DNA of 64,000 nt from Candidatus Poribacteria bacterium. GTDB lineage: Bacteria; Poribacteria; WGA-4E; WGA-3G. Location of the stretch: positions 3,040,001 through 3,104,000 of the forward strand of contig OZ240248.1 of the NCBI GenBank assembly GCA_965198235.1, written 5' to 3'. Each line of letters starts with the position of its first letter. The stretch's first letter is position 1. The position numbers and the translations under genes are program-made. The notes beneath the pieces were generated by a model. The model ran no database searches. It was not told the origin of the DNA and saw only the letters and a list, made by a program, of their open reading frames with translations. Shown here piece by piece: positions 1 to 9,309 of the stretch.

Positions 1-2190
1 GGCACCATGCGGCTGGAATTCACAGGTATGGAGATTATCTCTGAGGAATCCCGGCAACGCGGACATGCGCCGAGTTATATTTTCACCAATGAAGAACGCG
101 ATGAGGGAATTGTCGCATACATCCGCTACCTCGATTCGATGAATACGCGTGAACTGAGAGAACGCGCTTGGGAGCTTGAGCGTGTCTATCATCCTCCTGT
201 CATCTACAAGGTCGGACGGAAAATCCGGAATATGTTCATCGCTCTCAAAGAGGCGTTGAAAGAAGCTATTAGCATGGCATGGAGCAGTTTCACAAGAGGG
301 GCGAACAGACGCTTAGAGCGGTACCGAGAGGCATATGAAGCTGAAGGCGGCGATCTGGAAAAAAGGTTCGAAAAATTGGAGGATGAATCTGCAGGCTACC
401 TGGAGCAGGAAAGTTATGAACGTTTAATTGAACGCCTGATTGGAACACGGGTCAAAGTTCGAGTCCGTTTCGGTGAACATACCGCTGAGTACACGGCTAT
501 CCTCAAGGACTACAATAGTAAACATATTGCGCTCATGAATGTAAAGGATAAGGACAACAACGGCTACGCAGACGAGTGGGAATATGAACATGAATTTAAG
601 AAGGATCTTGCAAAACTCAACCGTCGTGATGACCGGGGGTTGCGATGTCGTGCGGAAAGCAACACAATCATCTTTGAAAACAATACACCTTATACAATCC
701 GACTTGGACGCATTCGGTTGACGGAGGACTCACCGAAATGGGAAAAGGATTATAAGTACAAGTACCATATCGGTGCCTTCAGTGTTCAAAGACTTGAGGT
801 AGAGCCTGTTGTTAAACATAATGTAGAACCTTTCGAGCGCGTTGCCGTTCGAGACACACGCGCCATAAGCAATTACAAAAAAATTTGGTTCAAGTTTCGC
901 TCTTTCCGCGATGCGGATATCGTTTTCCCACGCCGCTACTGCACAATTGTTGAAAGCGCGGAGAAATACCAGCCTGAACTTTTCAGTCTTACCGGCTTGA
1001 CAGACACTATTTTAGACATGCGTGATGCGGAGGACATCGCTATTACGGACAAAGATGGCAATGCTATTCACGGTATCAACGTTGTTCACGGATATGTGAC
1101 AAATGTCAATGAAGAACGTATTGATTTAAAGGCAATTGATGCGAGTTATAGCCGAAGATGGGACGTTGAAAACGCGTTTCTCCGTTTTGATAATAAACTC
1201 CGCCACGGATTTCCTATCTACAAGCGGCTTCTACCGATAAATCGCGCCCGGATTACAGCGCACGCTTCCCTCGTTGAGCAGATACACAGTAACCCGGTTC
1301 GACATGCGGCGTTAGCGCCGCTTGTTTATCCACAGCCACGTAGCCTAAACGCTGCGGAACAGCGAACACGCAGCCGAAAACGGATGCGGAATCGAATTGT
1401 GAGGGGCATAAATGCTGCAATTTGGAAATCAGGAAACGGGCTCTCCAAAACTCCTGATATAAAACGTTCGGAAGTACAGATCGCGATGCCTCTCAAACTC
1501 ATGGCACTCACTGGAAATACATCCACTGTCGAGTTTCCAGTCCTTGAACGTTTTGAATACGTTCAAGATCACCACATGATTTACAACTCGGTTCAAGATT
1601 TACGGACCGATCGGCTTGCCAAGACTAATATTTTATGGATTGGCAACGGCGAAATTTACAAATCCGGCTATCGATTAAACATAGATGCTGAACATCGAAT
1701 TAAAAACTTCGTCAGCCAAGGGGGAGTCGTCATCGTTTCCGGACAAGATGTCAAAGCCAGTGCCAAACAACGCCGCGGCACAGGGTGGATTCCGGAGCCG
1801 CTCACCGGAATTGAATGTGAAGAGGCTTATGAGCTCTCTCCTACATCACAAGGAAAACGCTCCCGTATTTTCCAACATCCGAATCCACTTAATGGAAATC
1901 ATGCCGATCCAGAGGCGCAGGATCACCCCTTTATTCGACTGGATGATATGTGGTTGGATCCTCTTGGAAAATGGACATCTCTCGCCAAGATTAACACGAC
2001 TGCTGCGGGTTTGCCAAGAAATGGTGAAGATGCCTCCGCGCTGCTACTCCTTCCGTTTCAGAAGGGGTTATACATCGTCACCAGTTTGAAGAATGAGACG
2101 CAGGCGGATGTGCAGGTCAACGATAAAATTATGGAAAACCTGCTCCATTTTTCTGTCAAATGGCTCGACCGGCAACGTAAGAGCGTTTAA
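1..2190 (+). CDS. Large hypothetical protein, probably 5'-truncated by the window edge
   Basis: Frame is open from base 1 (GGC ACC ATG...) and runs at least 727 aa. The C-terminal part (ILWIG...IKNFVSQGGVVIVSGQ) resembles a class I glutamine-amidotransferase-like/ThuA-like fold. No family recognised with confidence. Confidence 0.7.
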   Translation, partial: GTMRLEFTGMEIISEESRQRGHAPSYIFTNEERDEGIVAYIRYLDSMNTRELRERAWELERVYHPPVIYKVGRKIRNMFIALKEALKEAISMAWSSFTRGANRRLERYREAYEAEGGDLEKRFEKLEDESAGYLEQESYERLIERLIGTRVKVRVRFGEHTAEYTAILKDYNSKHIALMNVKDKDNNGYADEWEYEHEFKKDLAKLNRRDDRGLRCRAESNTIIFENNTPYTIRLGRIRLTEDSPKWEKDYKYKYHIGAFSVQRLEVEPVVKHNVEPFERVAVRDTRAISNYKKIWFKFRSFRDADIVFPRRYCTIVESAEKYQPELFSLTGLTDTILDMRDAEDIAITDKDGNAIHGINVVHGYVTNVNEERIDLKAIDASYSRRWDVENAFLRFDNKLRHGFPIYKRLLPINRARITAHASLVEQIHSNPVRHAALAPLVYPQPRSLNAAEQRTRSRKRMRNRIVRGINAAIWKSGNGLSKTPDIKRSEVQIAMPLKLMALTGNTSTVEFPVLERFEYVQDHHMIYNSVQDLRTDRLAKTNILWIGNGEIYKSGYRLNIDAEHRIKNFVSQGGVVIVSGQDVKASAKQRRGTGWIPEPLTGIECEEAYELSPTSQGKRSRIFQHPNPLNGNHADPEAQDHPFIRLDDMWLDPLGKWTSLAKINTTAAGLPRNGEDASALLLLPFQKGLYIVTSLKNETQADVQVNDKIMENLLHFSVKWLDRQRKSV

Positions 2191-3383
2191 TTTATCTGTA
2201 GGAGCGAGTGGTTTTCTGCCGCCGATCTGGAACCCAGCAACACATCAGTAAGCTTCTCATCGCCTTCGGTAACAACCAGTGCAACCGCTAAAACGACTAT
2301 CGGAAGGTTCCAGTTATCTGCAAAGCGCGCTAATTTCTGCTCGTCTTTCTGTGTTGTGACAATCAGATCTGCCCCTGCTTCTTGAAAAGCCGTATCTATT
2401 CGCTGTTTATCGGTTTCTGTATAGACATGGTGATCGGGAAATGCCAGCAGTTCTACACTCGCAACGGAGCATCGCATGAGGGTCGCAACAAACGTATCCG
2501 GGTTTCCAATTCCACAAACTGCAAGAATCCGTTTTCCCTTGAGTTCTTTCATATCAGTGGGAATGGCTTTCGGATCTCGGATTTCAGCCGTCGGCAAAGA
2601 AGGTTTCGTGCTAATTGCTGACGGCTGATTGCTGATGGCTAATGGATAGAGATGTGTTGGCTGGTGAATGCTTTCCAAGACCGATGCGTTCGGTGCCAAG
2701 GGTTTCACCAATTTTTTGATATGTGCAGATACGTCAGGTGTGTCTGCATGCGTCAGTAAGATAAGGTCTGCGCGTTGTAGAGCGGCGGGTGGTTCACGTA
2801 GGGTTCCCGCGGGTAGCAATTTCTCTGGACTACCGAAGGGATGTGTTGCCGGGATAGTGAGAATATCGACATCACGCGCAAGCTGCCGATGCTGAAACCC
2901 ATCATCTAAGAGCAAGACATCTACCTTGAAACGTTCAAGCGCAACCTGACCTGCCAGATAGCGACATTTACCTGCGAGAATCGGAACGCTACTGAGGTGT
3001 TTTGCCATCATGTCCGCTTCATCACCGCTTTCTATGGGAGCGGCACACACTTTTTCGCCGTCCGAGACGATGGTCACTTTTTCGCGAGCACGACGTTTAT
3101 ACCCGCGCAGCAGAATAGCGACGCGCATCCCCTCTCTTTGAAGATGTTTCACAATGGTGATAACAGCAGGTGTTTTACCTGTCCCGCCAACAACAATGTT
3201 ACCGACACTGATGACGCGGCATGGCAATCTGCGTGCTTTAAATATCCCGTGTGTATATAAGATATTCCGTAGTTGGACGCTTGCCGTGTAGAACCAACTC
3301 AATGGAATTAATAAAAAGCGTAGAGGGGTGGCGAGAATCCTCTGCTGTAGCGAGGCAAGATCGCGGGAGTGTGTGAGTTTCAT
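2187..3383 (-). CDS. lpxK: Tetraacyldisaccharide 4'-kinase
   Basis: Motifs VISVGNIVVGGTGKTP, LLRGY, GDEA, LDDGFQH, LLPAGTLRE, FPDHH, TTQKD. Likely start MKLTHS at 3383. Confidence 0.95.
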   Translation of the reverse strand: MKLTHSRDLASLQQRILATPLRFLLIPLSWFYTASVQLRNILYTHGIFKARRLPCRVISVGNIVVGGTGKTPAVITIVKHLQREGMRVAILLRGYKRRAREKVTIVSDGEKVCAAPIESGDEADMMAKHLSSVPILAGKCRYLAGQVALERFKVDVLLLDDGFQHRQLARDVDILTIPATHPFGSPEKLLPAGTLREPPAALQRADLILLTHADTPDVSAHIKKLVKPLAPNASVLESIHQPTHLYPLAISNQPSAISTKPSLPTAEIRDPKAIPTDMKELKGKRILAVCGIGNPDTFVATLMRCSVASVELLAFPDHHVYTETDKQRIDTAFQEAGADLIVTTQKDEQKLARFADNWNLPIVVLAVALVVTEGDEKLTDVLLGSRSAAENHSLLQIN

Positions 3384-3472
3384 AGTGAATAAAGTTTGCA
3401 AGTATCCTAAAGTTGCGAAGTCTGTAAAGTTGAAAGAAGATTTCCTAACAACTTTAGGCACTTTAGAGCACT

Positions 3473-4732
3473 TTACAGACTTTTTGCAGCATCTAACACT
3501 AATTCCGCTGTGCGTTCAGCTGCACCAGCAGTGCCGAGTTGTGCGTGCACCGTTTGGAGTGCCTCCCGTTGTGTCTTTCGTTTCTGTGGATTCTGTAGGA
3601 AATCAAGAGACAGTTCCGTCAGAGCAGTAGGTGTCAGTTCTGTCTGTAGGAGTTCTGGGACAATGTCTCGTCCCGCAATAAGGTTCGGAAGTCCGCTCCG
3701 CTCCAAGGGGGTCAATGCCTTGATGATGTGCCAGTTAAGCGATGCTGTCCGAAAAACAATGATCATCGGTGTACCGATGCATGCCGCCTCAAGCGTCGCT
3801 GTGCCAGAGGTAACCAGTAACAAGGTCGATGCTCGCATTGCCGGATAAGTTGCGTCTTCCACAATTTTGATGGGTGGAATCTGCAGTCCTGACAGGTTTT
3901 GCTCCTGCTGGTACTTCGTAATGAGTTCGTGTGAAATTCCTGGTGCTAATGGGAGAACCCACTGGGCGTTTGGATAGACTTTGGCAATGTTTGCCGCGGC
4001 GCTTAGCATCACTGGCAAAATGTGTCGAATTTCGGAACGGCGACTCCCTGGCATCAATCCGATGACAGGCGTATTCTCAGCGTCTTCCGTTTCACATAAA
4101 TTGAGATGTTCGCGTGCGGCTTGTGTGCTGAGGGGTGTCTGTGCGAAATCAACAAGCGGGTGCCCGACAAATTCGGCGTTCGCACCCGCGTTTCGGTAAA
4201 ATTCTGCTTCAAAAGGGAAGATTGCCGCGACAACGTCTGCCCACTTTGCCAACTTCCGTGCCCGGTTTGCACGCCACGCCCACGCTTTCGGCGGGATGTA
4301 ATACACGACTCGGACACCCTGCTTCTGGGCAAACTTCGCTAACGGCATATTAAACTCCGCAAAGTCCACGAGGAGAAGAACATCGGGGCGTTCCTCACGG
4401 ATGCGCCGTTTCAGATGTGCCTGTTTCCGAAGGAACATCGGTAGGACAGTGATAACATCCGCAAACCCCATGACAGCCGAATCTCGGATATGAAAATCGA
4501 GTGACACGGATGCCTTTTCCATCCAGTCGCCGCCCATGCCGAAGAGTGTTATATCGGGACAAAGTGCCGTGAGTCGGCGTGCGACATGAGAAGCGTGTAA
4601 GTCACCAGAGGGTTCTCCAGCAACAATCATAATTTTCGGCTGTCGGAAACCATCGTCTGAACTGTGATTTATAAGATTAGTAGATGGACCTTGATTGGAT
4701 GTTCTTGTAATCATGGCAAATCTTAAAATCAT
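3473..4732 (-). CDS. lpxB: Lipid-A-disaccharide synthase
   Basis: Motifs AGEPSGDLH, YYIPPKAWAWR, FVGHPL, LMPGSRRSEI, SGTATLE, LPNLIAGR..VPELLQ. Start uncertain (could be ATG at 4630) because the upstream part overlaps a repeat element. Confidence 0.95.
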   Translation of the reverse strand: MILRFAMITRTSNQGPSTNLINHSSDDGFRQPKIMIVAGEPSGDLHASHVARRLTALCPDITLFGMGGDWMEKASVSLDFHIRDSAVMGFADVITVLPMFLRKQAHLKRRIREERPDVLLLVDFAEFNMPLAKFAQKQGVRVVYYIPPKAWAWRANRARKLAKWADVVAAIFPFEAEFYRNAGANAEFVGHPLVDFAQTPLSTQAAREHLNLCETEDAENTPVIGLMPGSRRSEIRHILPVMLSAAANIAKVYPNAQWVLPLAPGISHELITKYQQEQNLSGLQIPPIKIVEDATYPAMRASTLLLVTSGTATLEAACIGTPMIIVFRTASLNWHIIKALTPLERSGLPNLIAGRDIVPELLQTELTPTALTELSLDFLQNPQKRKTQREALQTVHAQLGTAGAAERTAELVLDAAKSL

Positions 4733-4754
4733 CAGAATCCAGGTTCAGACTTCT

Positions 4755-5798
4755 CTACGGCATCATCCCCGGCACCTTCAGTCCGTCAGTCTCTTTGAAG
4801 CCGAACATCAGATTGAGATTCTGCACAACGGCTCCTGCTGCGCCTTTACCGAGATTGTCAATTGCTGCCATCGCGACGATACGACGTGTCCGCGCATCCA
4901 CTTCAAGCCCAACATCGCAATAGTTGCTGCCGAGGACTGCCTTCGTCTGAGGGTATGTGCCGGTAGGAAGCACCCGAACGAAGGGCTCATTCTCGTAGAA
5001 CGCTGTGTACATATCAAGGGCTTCCGCTGTAGATATAACTTCTGTGAGACGCATATAGACGGTGCTAAAGATACCGCGTGTCATCGGGACAAGGTGTGGT
5101 GTGAACGTCACGCGAACTGGTTCAGATGCGACAGCACTCAATTCCTGCTCAATTTCCGGTGTATGTTGATGCACACCGACTTTGTATGCGACAAAGTTTG
5201 ACTCTCGATTCGCGTAGTGCGTATTTTCGCTCGGTTTCGGACCAGCACCCGAAATGCCCGATTTCGAGTCAATGATAATAGAGTCCAATTCCACCACACT
5301 ACGTGCCACTAACGGCAGTGCTGCAAGTATAGCACTCATTGGGTAACACCCTGGATTCGCGACGAGTTGGGCAGTGCGGATGCAATCGCGATAACGTTCC
5401 GGCAGCCCATACACTGCTTGTGGTATCAGTGATGCGCTCGTATGTTCGGCGTGATACCAAGCTTCGTAGGTTTCGGCATCCTCAAATCGATAATCTCCAC
5501 TGAAATCCACGACGCGTAAACCTTGTGCCAAAATCTGCGGCACGAAAGACATCGCCACTCTGTGTGGAACGGCGAGCACAACGGCATCCACTCTCTCTTT
5601 GAGGGAATCAATATCTAAGGCTTCAAATTTGGACGATAGAAACCCGCGGAGGTTGGGTAGAACACTGTCAATACACTGCCCAGCGTAGGTTTCAGACGTG
5701 CAAAGTGCAACATCAAGTTCGCCAGGGTGGTTGACAAGGAAGCGTAGCAATTCGCTGCCACCATACCCTGATGCGCCAATAATTCCAAGTTTCATCAT
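4755..5798 (-). CDS. argC: N-acetyl-gamma-glutamyl-phosphate reductase
   Basis: Motifs GASGYGGSEL, VYGLPE, ANPGCYP, SGISGAG, HQHTPEI, FTPHLVPMTRG, IDNLGKGAAG. Confidence 0.97.
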   Translation of the reverse strand: MMKLGIIGASGYGGSELLRFLVNHPGELDVALCTSETYAGQCIDSVLPNLRGFLSSKFEALDIDSLKERVDAVVLAVPHRVAMSFVPQILAQGLRVVDFSGDYRFEDAETYEAWYHAEHTSASLIPQAVYGLPERYRDCIRTAQLVANPGCYPMSAILAALPLVARSVVELDSIIIDSKSGISGAGPKPSENTHYANRESNFVAYKVGVHQHTPEIEQELSAVASEPVRVTFTPHLVPMTRGIFSTVYMRLTEVISTAEALDMYTAFYENEPFVRVLPTGTYPQTKAVLGSNYCDVGLEVDARTRRIVAMAAIDNLGKGAAGAVVQNLNLMFGFKETDGLKVPGMMP

Positions 5799-5953
5799 TT
5801 AAGTCTCACTGTATGTTTTTTATTAGAAGGTTATAGATTATATCAGGAATTGTAGCACATTTCGAGCGAAATGTCAAATTATTGCAGGGGCTCACACCCA
5901 GAGCCATTCAATTCTCACGAGGTGCCTTTGTGGGAGGGCTTTATCAGTTTCTT

Positions 5954-6169
5954 GTAGGTTGGGTTGAACGCAACTTCACCAGAACCCACAATCCTCGCAA
6001 ACCTCGGACGGACAAAAACACATTAATATCTCCAATCCCGTAGTGAAACCCAACGAAAGCCTTGGAAAGTTGGGTTTCGCTGTCTTCCTGTGATGCGGCA
6101 GGGTTCTCCAAGATTAGGGGTTTCTTGGGTATATCCCGGTCTGGGTCGGTTCCGCTCAACCCAACCTAC
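5954..6169. repeat. REPIN-like doublet of inverted GTAG-type REP units
   Basis: GTAGGTTGGGTTGAACG...GAAACCCAAC / GTTGGGTTTCGCT...CGCTCAACCCAACCTAC. Related copies at 38633-38865 and 54955-55249. Confidence 0.8.
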
Positions 6170-6338
6170 GTCCCTCCATGCCCATAATCCTGTAAATCCT
6201 GATTCAGACAACTGCTTGTCGATCTCCCCTCCCGATTCCTAACTGCTATTCTGCTGTAGGAGCGAGTGTTTTTGCTTGGGTGTTTCCCCATGCTCGCGAC
6301 TCTTGTTGACTGCTAACGACTGCCCCCAAAGAAATAAA

Positions 6339-6367
6339 TTGACAGACCACCGTATACGCGGTAAAAT
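6339..6367 (+). promoter_or_regulatory. Sigma70-type promoter
   Basis: TTGACA-N17-TAAAAT. Confidence 0.75.
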
Positions 6368-6387
6368 ATGTATGGAATTTGCACGAT

Positions 6388-6616
6388 GTCAGTAACCCAC
6401 TCCTAAAGGATTGGGCTTGCGCGAAGCGTAGCCAAACGTCCACTCCGCAAGTTAAACCGCTGACTATAGGTCGCCCGGACCCGTGGCGATATCAATAACG
6501 GGCATAGCGGGTCCGCAGGCACCCGAGAACAACAAAGCCTGCACTTACCCGTAAAAAAAGGAGGGCGGTTTTTCCTCCTAAACCTAAAGGATTGGGTTCC
6601 CAAACCGTGAACGTAG
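6388..6616 (+). mobile_element. Non-autonomous IS200/IS605 (IscB-type) mini-element / stand-alone omega-RNA (HEARO)-like ncRNA
   Basis: Left end GTCAGTAACCCACTCCTAAAGGATTGGGCTTG and right end TTCCTCCTAAACCTAAAGGATTGGGTTCC share CCTAAAGGATTGGG. The interior is structured and has no transposase or nuclease ORF. ATGA follows immediately 3'. Confidence 0.7.
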
Positions 6617-6633
6617 ATGAAAAGGAGACTACT

Positions 6634-7383
6634 ATGAAGTTAGCACGATATGAATTAAATGGCACAATCAGTTACGGCATTGTCTCAGGAGACAATCTAA
6701 GCGTCCTATCGGGATGCCCGTTCAGTGAATATAGCGAAACTGGGGAAACCGTCGCGTTAGCGGATGTCAAACTGCTTGCCCCGACGACACCCACACAGGT
6801 GTTGGCTGTCGGCTTGAATTATCGGAGTCATTTGGGCGGAGATCCGGAACCGCAAAACCCTGAAATCTTTATCAAAACGCCTTCCTGTATCAACGACCCG
6901 GAGGGCAATATTGAATTACCCGATGGCGATGATGAAATCCACGCCGAAGGTGAACTCGTCGTCATAATAAAGGAACGGACAAGCAAGGCGACCCCGGAAG
7001 AAGCAGCCGCCAACATTTTGGGCGTGACCTGCGGCAATGATGTCAGCGCACGCACATGGCAGAGCAACGACATGCAGTGGTGGCGCGCCAAAGCATCTGA
7101 CACCTTTGGCCCCATGGGTCCCATCATCGCTACTGATGTTGACTACACCGATGCCCAATTGGAGACCCGCATCAACGGCGAAGTCGTCCAGAAGCAGACC
7201 ACTGCCGATCTTATTTTCCCGGTGACAACGGTTGTCAGTTTCATTTCGCAGGCGATTACTCTTGAACCGGGGGATGCAATCTTTACCGGCACACCCGGCA
7301 CAACAACTGCTTTGAAAGCCGGTGATGTCGTTGAGATTGAAATTGAAGGCATTGGCATTCTGAAAAATCCTGTCATAGCGTAG
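6634..7383 (+). CDS. Fumarylacetoacetate hydrolase family protein
   Basis: Motifs VGLNYRSH, EGELVVII, GNDVSAR, KASDTFGPMGP, TLEPGDAIFTGTP. RBS AAGGAG upstream. Confidence 0.93.
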   Translation: MKLARYELNGTISYGIVSGDNLSVLSGCPFSEYSETGETVALADVKLLAPTTPTQVLAVGLNYRSHLGGDPEPQNPEIFIKTPSCINDPEGNIELPDGDDEIHAEGELVVIIKERTSKATPEEAAANILGVTCGNDVSARTWQSNDMQWWRAKASDTFGPMGPIIATDVDYTDAQLETRINGEVVQKQTTADLIFPVTTVVSFISQAITLEPGDAIFTGTPGTTTALKAGDVVEIEIEGIGILKNPVIA

Positions 7384-7577
7384 TAACTCCTTCGTAGATG
7401 TGCTTTCTAATCCCTTTGCTGGCGAGGTTTTTAACCTCGCCCTGTTCTACTCGGAAACTCGTCTAATATCCTGCGATTTTAAGGTTATAGATACAGGAAG
7501 CCAAGAAATCTTACCCCAGCGGGGCAAAAGGTGGATAGAATTAAAATTGTCCAAAGTTTATTAATGGGTCAACACTC

Positions 7578-8246
7578 ATGAAAAAATTGTTTAGAGATTT
7601 CGTATTATTATTGGCAGGTTTGCTCACTGTTTCAATGCTCATCGGTTGTGGCAGTGGCGATGACATAGTCACAGATGAGCCTGTTCCAGCTAATTTTGTA
7701 AGTGCGACCCCGCCGGGCGGCGAGATTGCCGCAAATGGGACTATTACGGTTACCTTTGATAACCCACCAACTGATGTCACGGTAAATGTCGGTACTGTCA
7801 AGGTTGCAGGTAAAACGTGGTTGGGTTATAAAGCGATTATCACGGGGCCTTTCGTCCCCGGTCCACTTGCATTGACGGTCACTTGGGCTGATGGAACCCA
7901 GGCACTCACCTATAGGGTTACCAGTCCTGACTGATGTGGACCCACAGTTACTGGCGGGTCCGTCAGAGATGGTGACATAGATGTCGATCCCGAAGCTATC
8001 AACAGTGACGGGAAGATTGAGATTACCTTCGCTGAAGATATGACCGGAAACATCGCCCTTCAAACCGAAAGCGGGGCTGATGTCGGTTGGCTTAGCAAAG
8101 TCGAAGGTAACAAAGCGATCCTTGAACTTGTCAAAGGTAGGGAACTTCAAAACGAAACCACCTACGTTATCAGAGGGAAAGTTCGAGACGCTGCTGGCAA
8201 CTTTATTGATATTGCTGTAACCTTTGTAACCAAGGGTAAAGAGTAA
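7578..8246 (+). CDS. Lipoprotein with two Ig-like domains, interrupted by an in-frame TGA at 7932-7934 (Sec readthrough or nonsense mutation)
   Basis: Lipobox MLIGC. The 7578-7934 and 8040-8246 ORFs are in the same frame, and the sequence between them is open (CGPTVTGGSVRDGDIDVDPEAINSDGKIEITFAED). It ends in TYVIRGKVRDAAGN, typical of bacterial Ig-like domains. Confidence 0.75.
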
Positions 8247-8316
8247 ATTCAAATCCTGCTTTGACTTGCATTGGCAAGGTTTTTTAACCTTGCGTTGTCC
8301 CAATAAGGAAAAGAAA

Positions 8317-9102
8317 ATGCGTTTTAGGTATCTATCTCTTTTTCGATGTAGTCAAGTTTTTAAAAAAGTAGAACTTGCGCTTAAAATTATCGTGCTTTTG
8401 CTGAGCATCGGTATAACAGTACAAGCATCGGCAGTATTGTTGTTTCATGATGACTTTGAGAAAGATAAAATCGGAGCAGAACCCGACAAATGGGAGGTTG
8501 GGCACGACGGAAGCACAACCGCAGAAGTCGTCGCCGATCCGAAAAAAGCAAGTAATAAGGTTTTGTTAACTGCTGACAAAGCATCTAATGCTTCACGGCA
8601 CGATGTCGGTGGTTCTATCTATGTCGTCGGGGATGCAGGTTGGGACGATTATGTCGCTGAATGGGATATGATGTTTCCTGATGACTTCTATATGGGGGTT
8701 GTCTTCCGATTTCAAGGCGGTGAAAAGTTCTACTTGAGTGACCGGCGGCAAGGCGGTAGAGATTACAACTTTTACAAACGCCAAGGCGGCTGGGCACTCG
8801 TCCAAGCGGGGGTGGTGGAAAATAAACCCGAAGTCTGGTATCGCGCACAACTCGTTCTCGCCGGTGATGAATTCACATTCAAGTTGAAAGAACGGAAGGA
8901 CAAGACCCCATTTGACAAGGTCGATCCAGCGACAGAAGGTAAAGACGGAAATTTCAAAACGGGTAAGTTCGGCAACTACGGGCTTGTTTATATTGATAAC
9001 ATCTTTATCGGTGACGCTGTCGAAGACCTCGTTTTACCCGTCGAACCACGGGATAAGTTAAGCACGACATGGGGAACAATTAAAGGTGGCTACTGGAGAT
9101 AG
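8317..9102 (+). CDS. Secreted beta-sandwich (3-keto-disaccharide hydrolase/LamG-like) protein with C-terminal KLxTTWGxIK motif
   Basis: Signal peptide-like N-terminus, LFHDDFE, WDDY, GVVFR, and C-terminal VEPRDKLSTTWGTIK. Confidence 0.7.
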   Translation: MRFRYLSLFRCSQVFKKVELALKIIVLLLSIGITVQASAVLLFHDDFEKDKIGAEPDKWEVGHDGSTTAEVVADPKKASNKVLLTADKASNASRHDVGGSIYVVGDAGWDDYVAEWDMMFPDDFYMGVVFRFQGGEKFYLSDRRQGGRDYNFYKRQGGWALVQAGVVENKPEVWYRAQLVLAGDEFTFKLKERKDKTPFDKVDPATEGKDGNFKTGKFGNYGLVYIDNIFIGDAVEDLVLPVEPRDKLSTTWGTIKGGYWR

Positions 9103-9309
9103 ACGCGTTCAGGAAAAGCGTGGAAGGTTGGAAACGGGATCTTCACACAGAGTAATTCTTCTCTTCTTCCATCCTTCTGTTCTTTGGATTGGCGTGTAAG
9201 CGCAACCGGGGTCCCCACCCGTTACTGGGAAGGGGCGGGCGCGCTGGATATACGGGTGGAACGTTATCATTACGACTCACCTGACCGAACCGCAAGGGAA
9301 AGTAAAAAA

